Origin: Nemertoderma westbladi
Taxonomy: Eukaryota; Animalia; Xenacoelomorpha
DNA: 38,527 bases
Reading direction: 5' to 3'
Assembly: GCA_032718475.1 (NCBI GenBank)
Contig: JAUCBJ010006160.1
Coordinates: 1-38,527, forward strand
Position 1 is the stretch's first letter. Each line of letters opens with the position of its first letter. Of this stretch, positions 1 through 12,978 are shown in pieces. Position numbers and translations under genes: made by a program. A model generated the notes under the pieces. It was not told the DNA's origin. It saw nothing but the letters and a program-made list of their open reading frames with translations, and ran no database searches.

Positions 1-3000
1 CTGATATTTTGCAACGCCCCCGTTCTCATCTTCAAGACCTCGTCTTTACTCGAGATAGTGGCTACCGCCATCTTGCTTGGCCTCGTTCGTAACCCTACCT
101 TTTCGGCCACCCAACCCTCCGTTAGCGTGAACGCTGCTCCCCTATCGACCAACATTAGTGTTGTGACCATGATAGCCCGTCCTCTCCTGTTATTCTCTCT
201 GGTACTACTCCGAGTAGTACCGTCCTCTTCCTCTTTGCTCTCATGGTGCTCGTCGCCATGGTTTGGCCTCCAGTCTCATCAGTCTCGGTGTACTTTGGTG
301 GTTTCTCTCCACCAATCCTATCCTTCTTATGTCCTCCCCTCGCGCCTCTATGGCATAACCCAAATCTCCCTGTATAGTCTAATCGATCTTCTTTCAGCAG
401 TGCCCGCCACTGGTCGCAATCCATGGTCTTATGCATGTCGTCTCCCACATATGCACCTGCTTTCTATGTATTTGACACCTATAGAATGGGTTATAGCGCT
501 CTCCGTATAGCGTCTTGCGTATTTCGTCCAGGTCCGAGCCGGATGGTTTGTTGTTTTGGTTGTATAAACCCGCGTCATAGAATTCCCCGCTTCGTCCAGG
601 TCCGAGTCAGATGGTTTATTGTTTTGGTTGCACATGCGCATGTCAGGGGTGTTGTTTCCTCCATCGTCACCACGGCTGTTCTGTGGACTACAAGTCCCCG
701 TATGGTTGTCGTATGGTCAACGATTGCCTCACTCGCAGAAATGGGTCCGCCGGACTATGCTTGGGTTGCACATAGGCCCGCTGCATTCCGCTTTGGGACT
801 GTATCGAGTCTCTCCTCACTATATAGGCTTCATCAGCTAAGGATGTTCGTCATTTCCTGCCAGCCCTGGCTCCGCACCTTTCTTCTCCCGGGTGGAGAAG
901 GCGATCTTTCTCCACTTGTTCCTCAGCCAGATCAGTAGTGCCTGCGCTATTGTAGTGATGTTATTCGATGCGTTGAGTTTGTAAGGTGCATCTAGGGTCT
1001 TTAGCACAATCAGCGCCTTTTCGACTTTATTCGCGAAGGTCTTAAAGCTGACAGGGTTATCCTGTAGTCCGCCTGATGTTATTCCCCTTAAGGTTTGTCG
1101 GATGATCTTCGCAGGATGTCCAAATTCCCTGTCCAGGGCCGCCATGCAGTCGTGAATCCACCTTCGATACATTGGCACTGCCTTACAATGTCGTATGCTG
1201 GCCCCCCTGTGTAAACTTGTAAGTATTTAAGGCACTCAGCCTGTGTCAAGTTCTTAGATAAAATTTCATTACTGTACAATAGTACATACGCCGGAATTGC
1301 AAATATTCCTCCGGCTTACTACCATCGAATTTGAATGGCTCCACTGGTGGAAGCTCGATCCTGGTCTTCAGCGCGTCGATGAGTGTTGCCATTCCCATCG
1401 CTTGTACTTCCAGCGCGCTCGATGGTTGGGATACAGGTTCCTCTGGTATTGGCTGCGGTTCGCCTATCGGGCCCGTAGACTTTCCTTGTGTAGGATATAT
1501 CATCGGGGGTAACGGTCCCCTCCATATCTCCGTGTCGCACGACTTATTTGCGTCTAAGGGGTTTGGAGTTTTTGTTATTGGCTGCGTGCATTGCTGATAC
1601 TGCAATGGGGGAATGTCACCCTGTCCCCCCCACCCCCCCCCCCCCCCCCACCGATGTCATATTTGGTACTGGGGTTGATGTTATCATGTTAGGGCCCATG
1701 CACCTATCGGCAATACCTACCCCCTCCCCTGGGTATATATTATATGCCTGCATGTTATAGTTATACTGGTGTGCAGGTACCGGTATAGGCCTATCCACTT
1801 CTTGCCTACCGACTGGTATGTACGCCGCAACCTCTGGGTTTAATCCCGTCGTCCGCACTACCCTATTGCCTACACTATCTCTCCCAGCATGGCCTATAGT
1901 ATGTGTAGTAAGGCCTACAGTATGTCCTGCAGTCTGCCTGTGTCCCTCCGGACCGAAGTTTAATCTTCTCGAATATTCCGAGAAGTCCTCCCCGCGACTA
2001 CCATATTCTCGATCGGCAGCTACGTCCCGACGGGAAGTTTCTCTCCGGTCCCCTCTCCTGCCTTCATCCTCATACCGGTAGATCCTGTACCCTTCTCCCG
2101 GTGTGTGGTATATCTCACCAGGTTGTGTTTCTCTGAGGCGACGGCAATCTCCCGGAGTACGACCCCACCGGCTCTCTGTCTCCATCTCGACTACTGACGG
2201 TTCACTGTCAGTCCTTCCCTTCTGGTTGCTTGTAGCAACGCTACCTCGTTCGTCTCTATCGCCCTCCTTGCGTCCTCTACTCCCGACGTTATACCTACGT
2301 TCATGAGGTCTCGTATCGACATCCCGGATGAAATCTATCGTTCTCCTTCCATCTCCCGAGTGGGCTCGACGTTCCCTCGTTTGGCCGCTTGCGGCATGAA
2401 CGCTTTTCCCTTTACCCGGTCGAATGGCCTCGTAAATATTCGCCGCCCTTCTATTCTCCTCTGTTGTCGGGTGCCACGGTTCACTTAACTCACCGCGCGC
2501 ATTTTCTGCCGACGCCTGTGGGGCGTCTGTTGCCCCCTCCTTCCCCCAGTCGTCGGGTGCCACGGTTCACTTAACTCACCGCGCACTTTACCCGTCGATG
2601 CTTGTGGGACATTCTCTGCCCCCCCCCCCTCCCCCTCTCATCACTTACTAGTTGTGGTGGGGTGCCTGTAGCACCCCCCCCCCCCCCACCCATCACTAAC
2701 TGGTTGCAGTGAGGTGCCCGTGCCCCCCCCCCCACCCGTCACCTCTTACTTCTCCCCTACGCCCCCCTCTAGTCGACGCATTATCTCTACCCTCGTTGGG
2801 CTTTTGATCCAGCGCCACAATGTCTAGTTGACATACCAGATCTATCTCTAACACCCCTCTTGCTTTCGCGGAGGATGTAGCGAACTTATCGGTCGCGACG
2901 GACTCCCATCGCCTCTCTGTCCTACTAATTTTCCCCCATTTACTGGGGTTTCCTACTAACCGACGACACCGAATCCTCGGGGTTAACATCGGATTCGCCA

Positions 3001-3652
3001 TCGTGCGGGTCTGCCCATCCCACTAACTTAATTCCCCTGGCATCCACTAGGTAAGGCCCTATGTACACTACATCTGGCTGAATTACCTCAGACCGCCACA
3101 ATTCAAACAGTTCTGTGGCGACCCCCTCGCTCTCTCACTCGCCAGTTCTCCCTGTCCAAAACGGACTAAGTAACGGAAATGTTTATTTGACTCACCTAGC
3201 CTCTGGTATAGTTTAGGCTGGTCTACCTTTCTCCTCTCCTTAGCCACTTTCAGTAGTTTCTTCGTAGCATTGTACGCCCATCGTAGGCGATCACTCATCC
3301 CGACGTCCTCCTCGTTGACTCTACCTTCCCTTCTCGTCCGGCGTCGTACCGGCGGCTCCACCGTCGCCATTCCGGTGGGCCATCCATCGCCCTCGGCCTG
3401 TGGCTGGCCGGCGACTTCGGTACTCCGACCGCCGTCGTCGTCGCGCGTCGACTCGTTTTTGTCTTTCCCTCCTCGTAGTTGTCGGCCGCCCTCCTCTCGG
3501 GCATTCGGATCGTCCCTTGTTGGCGAATCCGGGGTGGCAGTCCAGTACCGTCTCGTCGCGGCCTCTCGGATCGTTTGGTTGGTGTCGTCCAGGGTCCGCG
3601 GCGGTGTTCTTTCTCCCTCTGATTCTCGGGGCGTTCGGTGTCCTTCATTCAT
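1..3652 (-). mobile_element. Decayed BEL/Pao LTR retrotransposon, gag region (frameshifted; runs off the window start)
   Basis: Minus-strand ORF pieces join into a BEL gag (DUF1759-like): IELPPVEPFKFDGSKPEEYLQF (1246-1605), LKYLQVYTGGPAYDIV..GFTTAW (1088-1279), LDREFGHP..FKTFANKV (837-1178). Eroded zinc knuckles follow (CICG../HKTMDC..GLCHRGARGGH, 155-450). A long low-complexity N-terminal part lies at 1616-3652. Confidence 0.8.
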
Positions 3653-3832
3653 CTTTCTTGAGTCTGGTTGCGGTCACAGCCTGTTGTAAGCTGGATAGTT
3701 TTAACTGTGACGGGATCGAGTTCAAGGATCCCGACCGGGTTGGGTTATAGGCGTCACTTTCTGCTGGGCTGCTGAACTTATATCTTTGGCCGAAGGCCGT
3801 CGGGAAAATAACAGAGTTTGTGTTTCTCGCGA

Positions 3833-4300
3833 TGTTAATGTTCCAATGATAATAGCACAGAATGTATAACAGTATATGATTGAAATTGCAATACAGAATT
3901 ACAACAGCAGTGTGTAAAGTGATGGTTAAAACTATAACCAGTCTGCAACTCTGTGATTAATGAACTGACCGGTAAATCAGTAATCAGGATGACTATATGA
4001 TTGATACACATAGATATTGGTTTCACCTCTACTGTACTTCGGCCTTTTGCTACCCAATGGATGCTTTCCTATCTTTCCCCACGTGCTCCCCTGCCTGCTA
4101 TTGGTTTATATACTAATTGTCACTTTGGCACTCCCTGTAAGTGTTACCCCCTACCGCTAGCCTCGACTAGCTGTGTTCTCCCTGTGAGGTGGTTTGACCT
4201 CTCACCCCTCTCTGTGGCTTTAGGGCCTGTATCGCCCCCCCCCCCCCCCCCCGAGTTGGTTATGAGGCGAGATTATTATTGGTAATCTCGTATCGCCAAC
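3833..4300 (-). mobile_element. Possible 5' LTR of the minus-strand BEL element
   Basis: Non-coding block upstream of gag. On the minus strand it has TATATAAA (about 4105-4112) and ends ...ATTAACA at 3833. No second LTR is in the window, so the boundaries are approximate. Confidence 0.3.
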
Positions 4301-4366
4301 TATATTGGTAAAATGCCACTGGTCCCATTTCGGGTGGATAATGCAAGGGAATTGAATCCGCTTACA

Positions 4367-7300
4367 TACTCATTGGTATGAGGTGTAGTCCAAACCAAAC
4401 CAACCAGTACCGTACTCATTAGTATGAGGTGTAGACCAAACCAACCAGTACCGTACTCTTTGGTATGGGGTGTAGGCCAAACTAACCAGTACCGTACTCA
4501 TTGGTATGAGGTGTATGCCAAATCAAACCAACCAGTCCACCGTACTCATTGGTATGAGGTGTAGACCAAGCCAAACCAAACCAACCAGTACCGTACTCAT
4601 TGGTATGGGGTGTAGACCAAACCAACCAGTACCGAACTCATTGGTATGGGGTGTAGACCAAACCAACCGGTACCGTACTTATTGGTATGGGGTGTAGGAC
4701 AAACCAACCAGTACCGTACTCATTGGTATGAGGTGTAGACCAAACCAACCAGTACCGTACTCTTTGGTATGGGGTGTAGGCCAAACCAACCAGTACCGTA
4801 CTCATTGGTATGAGGTGTAGGCCAAACCAACCAGTACCGAGCTCATTGGTATGGGGTGTAGACCAAACCATACAAACCAGTACCGTGCTCATTGGTATGG
4901 GGTGTAGGCCAAACCAACCAGTACCGTACTCATTGGTATGGGGTGTAGGCCAAACCAACCAGTACCGAGCTCATTGGTATGGGGTGTAGACCAAACCATA
5001 CAAACCAGTACCGTGCTCATTGGTATGGGGTGTAGGCCAAACCAACCAGTACCGTACTCATTGGTATGAGGTGTATGCCAAACCAACCAGTACCGAGCTC
5101 ATTGGTATGGGGTGTAGACCAAACCATACAAACCAGTACCGTGCTCATTGGTATGGGGTGTAGGCCAAACCAACCAGTACCGTACTCATTGGTATGGGGT
5201 GTAGGCCAAACTAACCAGTACCGAACTCATTGGTATGGGGTGTAGGCCAAACCAACCAGTACCGCACTCATTGGTATGGGGTGTAGGCCAAACTAACCAG
5301 TACCGAACTCATTGGTATGGGGTGTAGGCCAAACCAACCAGTACCGTACTCATTGGTATGGGGTGTAGGCCAAACCAACCAGTACCGTACTCATTGGTAT
5401 GGGGTGTAGGCCAAACCAACCAGTACCGTACTCATTGGTATGGGGTGTAGGCCAAACTAACCAGTACCGAACTCATTGGTATGGGGTGTAGGCCAAACCA
5501 ACCAGTACCGCACTCATTGGTATGGGGTGTAGGCCAAACCAACCAGTACCGTACTCATTGGTATGAGGTGTAGGCCAAACCAACCAGTACCGAGCTCATT
5601 GGTATGGGGTGTAGGCCAAACCAACCAGTACCGTACTCATTGGTATGGGGTGTAGACCAAACCATACAAACCAGTACCGTAATCATTGGTATGGGGTGTA
5701 GACCAAACCAACCAGTACCGTACTTATTGGTATGGGGTGTAGGCCAAACCAACCAGTACCGTACTCATTGGTATGAGGTGTAGACCAAACCAACCAGTAC
5801 CGTACTCTTTGGTATGGGGTGTAGGCCAAACCAACCAGTACCGTACTCATTGGTATGAGGTGTAGGCCAAACCAACCAGTACCGAGCTCATTGGTATGGG
5901 GTGTAGACCAAACCATACAAACCAGTACCGTGCTCATTGGTATGGGGTGTAGGTAAAACCAACCAGTACCGCACTCATTGGTATGGGGTGTAGGCCAAAC
6001 CAACCAGTACCGTACTCATTGGTATGGGGTGTAGACCAAACCAAACCAACCAGTACCATACTCTTTGGTATGGGGTGTAGGTAAAACCAACCAGTACCGC
6101 ACTCATTGGTATGGGGTGTAGGCCAAACCAACCATTACCGAACTCATTGGTATGGGGTGTAGACCAAACCAAACCAACCAGTGCCGTACTCATTGGTATG
6201 GGGTGTAGGCCAAACCAACCAGTACCGAGCTCATTGGTATGGGGTGTAGACCAAACCAAACCAAACCAACCAGTACCATACTCTTTGGTATGAGGTGTAG
6301 GCCAAACCAACCAGTACCGAACTCATTGGTATGGGGTGTAGGCCAAACCAAACCCACCAGTGCCGTACTCATTGGTATGAGGTGTAGGCCAAACCAACCA
6401 GTACCGAGCTCATTGGTATGAGGTGTAGGCCAAACCAACCAGTACCGAGCTCATTGGTATGGGGTGTAGACCAAACCAAACCAACCAGTGCCGTACTCAT
6501 TGGTATGAGGTGTAGGCCAAACCAACCAGTACCGAGCTCATTGGTATGAGGTGTAGGCCAAACCAACCAGTACCGAGCTCATTGGTATGGGGTGTAGACC
6601 AAACCAAACCAACCAGTACCATACTCTTTGGTATGGGGTGTAGGTAAAACCAACCAGTACCGCACTCATTGGTATGGGGTGTAGGCCAAACCAACCAGTA
6701 CCGTACTCATTGGTATGGGGTGTAGGCCAAACCAACCAGTACCGAGCTCATTGGTATGGGGTGTAGACCAAACCAAACCAACCAGTACCATACTCTTTGG
6801 TATGGGGTGTAGGTAAAACCAACCAGTACCGCACTCATTGGTATGGGGTGTAGGCCAAACCAACCAGTACCGTACTCATTGGTATGGGGTATAGGCCAAA
6901 CCAACCAGTACCGAGCTCATTGGTATGGGGTGTAGACCAAACCATACAAACCAGTACCGTGCTCATTGGTATGGGGTGTAGGCCAAACCAACCAGTACCG
7001 TACTCATTGGTATGAGGTGTAGGCCAAACCAACCAGTACCGAGCTCATTGGTATGGGGTGTAGACCAAACCATACAAACCAGTACCGTGCTCATTGGTAT
7101 GGGGTGTAGGCCAAACCAACCAGTACCGAGCTCATTGGTATGGGGTGTAGGCCAAACTAACCAGTACCGTACTCATTGGTATGAGGTGTAGACCAAACCA
7201 TACAAACCAGTACCGTGCTCATTGGTATGAGGTGTAGGCCAAACAAAACCCACCAGTACCGTACTCATTGGTATGAGGTGTAGGCCAAACCAACCAGTAC

Positions 7301-9026
7301 CGTACTCATTGGTATGGGGTGTAGACCAAACCATACAAACCAGTACCGTGCTCATTGGTATGAGGTGTAGGCCAAACCAACCAGTACCGTACTTATTGGT
7401 ATGGGGTGTAGGCCAAACCAACCAGTACCGTACTCTTTGGTATGGGGTGTAGGCCAAACCAACCAGTACCGTACTCATTGGTATGAGGTGTAGGCCAAAT
7501 CAAACCAACCAGTACCGTACTCATTGGTATGGGGTGTATGTCAAACCAACCAGTACCGTACTCATTGGTATGAGGTGTAGGCCAAACCAACCAGTACCGA
7601 GCTCATTGGTATGGGGTGTAGACCAAACTAACCAGTACCGAACTCATTGGTATGGGGAGTAGGCCAAACCAACCAGTACCGTACGCATTGGAATGGGGTG
7701 TAGGCCAAACCAAACCCACCAGTACCGTACTCATTGGTATGAGGTGTAGGCCAAACCAACCAGTACCGTACTCATTGGTATGAGGTGTAGGCCAAACCAA
7801 CCAGTACCGAGCTCATTGGTATGGGGTGCAGACCAAACCATACAAACCAGTACCGTGCTCATTGGTATGAGGTGTAGGCCAAACCAACCAGTACCGTACT
7901 CATTGGTATGAGGTGTAGGCCAAACCATACAAACCAGTACCGTGCTCATTGGTATGGGGTGTAGACCAAACCAACCAGTACCGCACTCATTGGTATGGGG
8001 TGTATGCCAAACTAACCAGTACCGAACTCATTGGTATGGGGAGTAGGCCAAACCAACCAGTACCGTACGCATTGGAATGGGGTGTAGGCCAAACCAAACC
8101 CACCAGTACCGTACTCATTGGTATGAGGTGTAGGCCAAACCAACCAGTGCCGTACTCATTGGTATGGGGAATAGGCCAAACCAACCAATACCGTACTCAT
8201 TGGTATGGGGTGTAGGCCAAACCAACCAATACCGTACTCATTGGTATGGGGTGTAGACCAAACCAACCAGTACCGTTCTCATTGGTATGGGGTATAGGCC
8301 AAAACAACCAGTAACGAACTCATTGGTATGGGGTGTGGGCCAAACCAACCAGTACCGCACTCATTGGTATGGGGTTTAGGCCAAACCAACCAGTACCGTA
8401 CTCATTGGTATGGGGTGTAAGCCAAACCAACCATTACCGAACTCATTGGTATGGGGTGTAAGTAAAACCAACCAGTACCGCACTCATTGGTATGGGGTGT
8501 AGGCCAAACCAACCAGTACCGTTCTCATTGGTATGGGGTGTAGGCCAAACCAACCAGTACCGAACTCATTGGTATGGGGTGTAGGCCAAACCAACCATTA
8601 CCGAACTCATTGGTATGGGGTGTAGGTAAAACCAACCAGTACCGCACTCATTGGTATGGGGTGTAGGCCAAACCAACCAGTACCGAACTCATTGGTATGG
8701 GGTGTAGGCCAAACCAACCATTACCGAACTCATTGGTATGGGGTGTAGGTAAAACCAACCAGTACCGCACTCATTGGTATGGGGTGTAGGCCAAACCAAC
8801 CAGTACCGTTCTCATTGGTATGGGGTGTAGGCCAAACCAACCAGTACCGAACTCATTGGTATGGGGTGTAGGCCAAACCAACCAGTACCGCTCTCATTGG
8901 TATGGGGTTTAGGCCAAACCAACCAGTACCGTACTCATTGGTATGGGGTGTAAGCCAAACCAACCAGTACCGCACTCATTGGTATGGGGTGTAGGCCAAA
9001 CCAAACCAACCAGTACCGTACTCATT
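4367..9026. repeat. Satellite array, 41-bp unit (GCCAAACCAACCAGTACCGTACTCATTGGTATGGGGTGTAG) with 46-bp variants, roughly 110 copies
   Basis: Continuous head-to-tail repeats with no spacers. The 46-bp units carry a 5-bp insertion (AAACC or ATACA). The array starts and ends with TACTCATT. Confidence 0.97.
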
Positions 9027-9176
9027 TCTCAAAAGGAGATCCTTAACAACTAACTAGGCCTATTAATTTGTTCTGGAATACGCAATATTTAAAATTAGTT
9101 TCTAAATATTCTTAATACCGGTACCTGTCGCTAAAAAAGGAAACTTTGTTTTACCATAACACAATACTATATTATA

Positions 9177-10650
9177 CACCATGTCCCGTAATATAGTGTC
9201 ATTTTCTGATGACACGGGTTGACCCCATGAAGCCGGAATTTTCGATTTTGCCTTTAAATTTTTTTTATAGGCGTTTTTAAAAAGTGTCTTTTGCGAAATC
9301 GTACCCTCACTATCGTGGCCATTCTTCGGATTAGTCGTATTTTCTTCATATCATTAGAAAGCTTGCGTTGCAAGGATTCAAAATATGTAACAATATCTGA
9401 ATTTTATTGAGAAACAGCTGAGAAATAGGCGTTCAAAGATTGCTAGAATTTCGTTCGCTGAAGGCCATTTATTCTATTTAATAAATACACGATGTTCTGG
9501 AACATTTTGTTTAAGTATGAATAGCTACACAATAGAGATATTGGATAGGCATTCTGCTGTTGCCTACCAACTGATAAAATAAATAACACGTTCTAGAATA
9601 TTGTGTATTTATTAAATAGAATAAATGGCCTTCAGCGAACGATACTTCTTGCAATCTTTCAACGCCTATATCTCAGCTGTTTCTCAACGAAATTCAGATA
9701 TTGTTACATATTTCGAATCCTTGCAAGGCAAGCTTTCTAATGATATGAAAAATTACGACTAATGTTGAAGAATGGCCACGACACGGAGGGTGCGATTTCG
9801 CAAAAGACACTTTTTTATAACGCCTATAAAAAAAATTAAGAGGATTCTATAGGATTCCAAATACGTAACAGTGTCTGTAGCCGGAATTTTCGAGTTTGCC
9901 TTTCAATTTTTTAATAAGCGTTTTAAAAAGTGTCTTTTGCGAAATCGCACCCTCTGGATCGTGGCCATTCTTCACATTAGTCGTAATTTTTTCATATCAT
10001 TAAAGAGCTTGTGTTGCAAGAATTCCAAAGATGTAACAATGTCTGAGTTTCGTTGAGAAACAACTGAGATATAGGTGTTCAAAGATTGCAAGAATTATCG
10101 TTCGCTGCAGGCCATTTATTCTATTTAATAAATACACAAAATTCTAGAATGTGTTATTTATTTTATGAGTTGGTTGGCAACAGCGGTATTCCTATCCAAT
10201 ATATCTATTGCGTAGCTATTCATACTTAGAAAAAAAATGTTCCAGAACATCGTGTATTTATTAAATAGAATAAATGGCCTATAGCGAATGATCGTTCTTG
10301 CAATCTTTGAACGCCTATATCTCAGCTGTTTCTCAACGAAATTCAGATAATGTTACATATTTGGAATCCTTGCAAGGTACGCTTTTTAATGTTATGAAAA
10401 AATTACGACTAATGTGAAGAATGGCCACGATACAGAGGGTGCGATTTCGCAAAAGACACTTTTTTAAAACGCTTATAAAAAAAATTTAAAAGCGAAATCG
10501 AAAATTCCGGCTTCATGGTAACAACCACGGTGAGTTAACTAGTTGTGTTTCAAATTTCAAGCAGTATGATAAAGATTTGTAGAAAAATCTGGGGGGGGGG
10601 GGGGGGAGTCCGTGTCATCAGAAAATGACACTATATTACGGGTCATGGTG
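9177..10650. mobile_element. Non-autonomous TIR element with TA target duplication (Tc1/mariner-type MITE/foldback)
   Basis: TA|CACCATGTCCCGTAATATAGTGTCATTTTCTGATGACACGG (9177-9217) is the near-perfect reverse complement of CCGTGTCATCAGAAAATGACACTATATTACGGGTCATGGTG|TA (10610-10650). No transposase ORF. Confidence 0.75.
9225..10518. repeat. Two ~620-bp palindromic units arranged as an inverted pair inside the TIR element
   Basis: CCATGAAGCCGGAATTTTCGATTT (9225) pairs with AAATCGAAAATTCCGGCTTCATGG (ends 10518). Units 9225-9838 and 9879-10518 are each self-complementary, and their central spacers are in opposite orientation. Confidence 0.85.
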
Positions 10651-10983
10651 TATATATTTCGTATAATCGTATAACCCAATATCTAATACAAAATAAAGTT
10701 ATTATACTGTACAAGACTCGCATACCGGTAGTGGTGTGGTACGTTTTATGGGTCATGGGTGGTATTGGCAGAGAGTAAACACATTCACATAAGCTGTGAG
10801 CTGTGCTGTTATATATTTATTAACAACTAGGTTGGAGTTCGTTTAGGGAGCTAAGATAGAGTAGATAGGGATACTAGTAAAATAGATTCAAGGTTAGTTT
10901 CAAGGTCATTCTCAAGATATTTTGAGTTACTGGGGCCTGTTCTGTTACATTGTAGAGATTTTTGGGGGTATTCTACTGAAATA

Positions 10984-11088
10984 TTAACTAGTTGTGCTTC
11001 AAATTTTTAAGCAATATGATAAAGATTTGTAGTAAAATTTGGGGGATTCCGTGTCATCAGAAAATGTCACTATATTGCGGGTCATAGT
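10984..11088 (+). repeat. Second, diverged copy of the right end of the 9177-10650 element
   Basis: TTAACTAGTTGTG..GATAAAGATTTGTAG..CCGTGTCATCAGAAAATG.CACTATATT.CGGGTCAT matches 10535-10646. Confidence 0.85.
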
Positions 11089-11650
11089 AGGCCTACCATT
11101 GAGCTATGAGACACACAATTCATACCGAAACCTGATTGTTTTTAATTTAATTAATATTCTAGAATCTTATCGCAGATTGATCAGATATAAAATGTCCTAG
11201 AACTTATTTTATATGTTCAAGAACACTATGTAAAAAATATACTGTATTTCGAAAAGAACGGGCCTAGCGGCATCCATCATTTGAAAACCTGCCAAATCAT
11301 GTAAATCTCAGAGGCACAGCTGCATGTCGGTCGATTGAAAATATACAGTATACTAATGTAGTCGAGAAAATCTAGCAAAAACCCATAAGTATTCGCAATC
11401 AATCCGAACCACATATTTTGGATTCAACATTACCTTATTAATGACCAATAAAAGTATATAAAATTATATTTTGCGGATCATATGTTTATTCATGGAAATT
11501 CTGCGTACATTTACATAACACAAGCCAAACAAAAGGAACAGTAGAGAAAAGTAAGTAGCAAATTGGAGATGTTCCAGAATAATTTAATTAATTTCACAAT
11601 AAGCTGTGATTCAATGGGAAATGAGTAATATTTACACTGGCGTGTAAAAG

Positions 11651-11782
11651 CTTTTGCGGATATAACCAGTCATTTTCTCCGCAATGTAGCGTGTAGGTGC
11701 TTTTAGCGGACATAACAAGCCATTTTTACCCGTTATGTCTGTATGCGTGCTTTAGCGGACATAACTAGCCATTTTGCCGCAA
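11651..11782. repeat. Three ~50-bp degenerate repeats, each with hairpin potential
   Basis: GCGGA(C/T)ATAAC...CATTTT at 11656, 11706 and 11755, each followed by a partial complement (TCCGC, GTTATGTC, CCGC). Confidence 0.65.
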
Positions 11783-12978
11783 TTCGCTTAATACTCTAAA
11801 AGATGACTCAGATGACGCAATCTGTCAGCTGATTTACTGCCAACGCGGAACCTGAATCTCTCTTTGTTCTTTGTTCGGCTCAGCCAATCAGAGCGATTTT
11901 CACTTTGTGTTGGACAGTGCCTACAGAAACCCACGCAATTCAGTCAGTGTGTATCTTTTCTAAGCCCAGAACACCGGCTTAGGATTCTTCTGTACTTCGG
12001 TAGAAGTTTCAGACTTTGACCTAAACATCAGAAACATCAGATGGCTTTGATTACAAGAACGTAAAACTATTAACTGAATCATTGCTGAATCATACTTCAT
12101 ATCTGAATCGCCACACCGCGGCACTACGCAACGCGATTCAACTACACATACTGACTGTTCACCGCATTATTTGATTCTGTTATTAATTGGTGTTATGTTG
12201 GTATATATTGCTGATATATTTGGAGAATACCGATGAATAATCATAAAACCCTCAATCTCTTTGATTACTAAAGGTTAGAGGAACAGGTTTACCGGTAGCA
12301 ACTGCGACTTACATTGTAGTGGTTTTTGTGTGAATTGAATGCTATTTCATAATCCCTACATGTGTCAGTTGCGATCCTCCTTATATATGATCAAATTCAG
12401 TGACAGTCGGCAGATCAGTGTGCAGTAGTGTGAACTAGTGTGAAGTCGTGTGAAGTAGTGTGAAGGTTAATAAAGCATCTCCTAAAGAATGCGCTTTTTA
12501 CGAAACTCAGTAGCCATCCAGTTGTGATTAGTATAAGTCATAACTCTGTTTTATACTTAAAGCGCCACGTCCTAAAGGAACTGTTAATATTTCCCCGAAA
12601 GTAAATATATTGTCAGAGATTATATATTAACGATCAATCGAATAATACAGTAGGTCTACACTGCAATCACTATCAAAGCATCCGAATCCAGTCTCCCTTA
12701 ACTGTGGGTGAATGGTCGTGCACAGGCTGGCTTCGGCTGATGTACCTTCAGTACATTAAATAATTGATATACAAAAAGACACCTAAAATTGGCAGGTTAA
12801 ACTGCTAAAGGTCTAAAAGCGCGAACATTAATAGTTTTAAACTCTTGATTGCACGTAGGCAAATAAATTCGAATGTACCGGTCGGACGGTAACCTGTACG
12901 CCTAACTACCTAACCACCGGAACCGGTACTTGCGGGTACCAGTATTAGTTCGATTGTGATATATTGTATATTGTAGGC

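Noticed and set aside
4367-9026. CRISPR array, or repeat-protein ORFs (MVWPTPHTNEYGTGWFG...)
   Set aside because: There are no unique spacers and no cas genes, and the context is eukaryotic. The 41-bp unit is not a multiple of 3, so the ORFs are by-products that cycle through frames and stop.
9200-9240. Hammerhead ribozyme (CTGATGA..stem..GAA)
   Set aside because: CTGATGA is part of the TIR, the required GAAA and stems I/III are absent, and the apparent stem spans an element junction.
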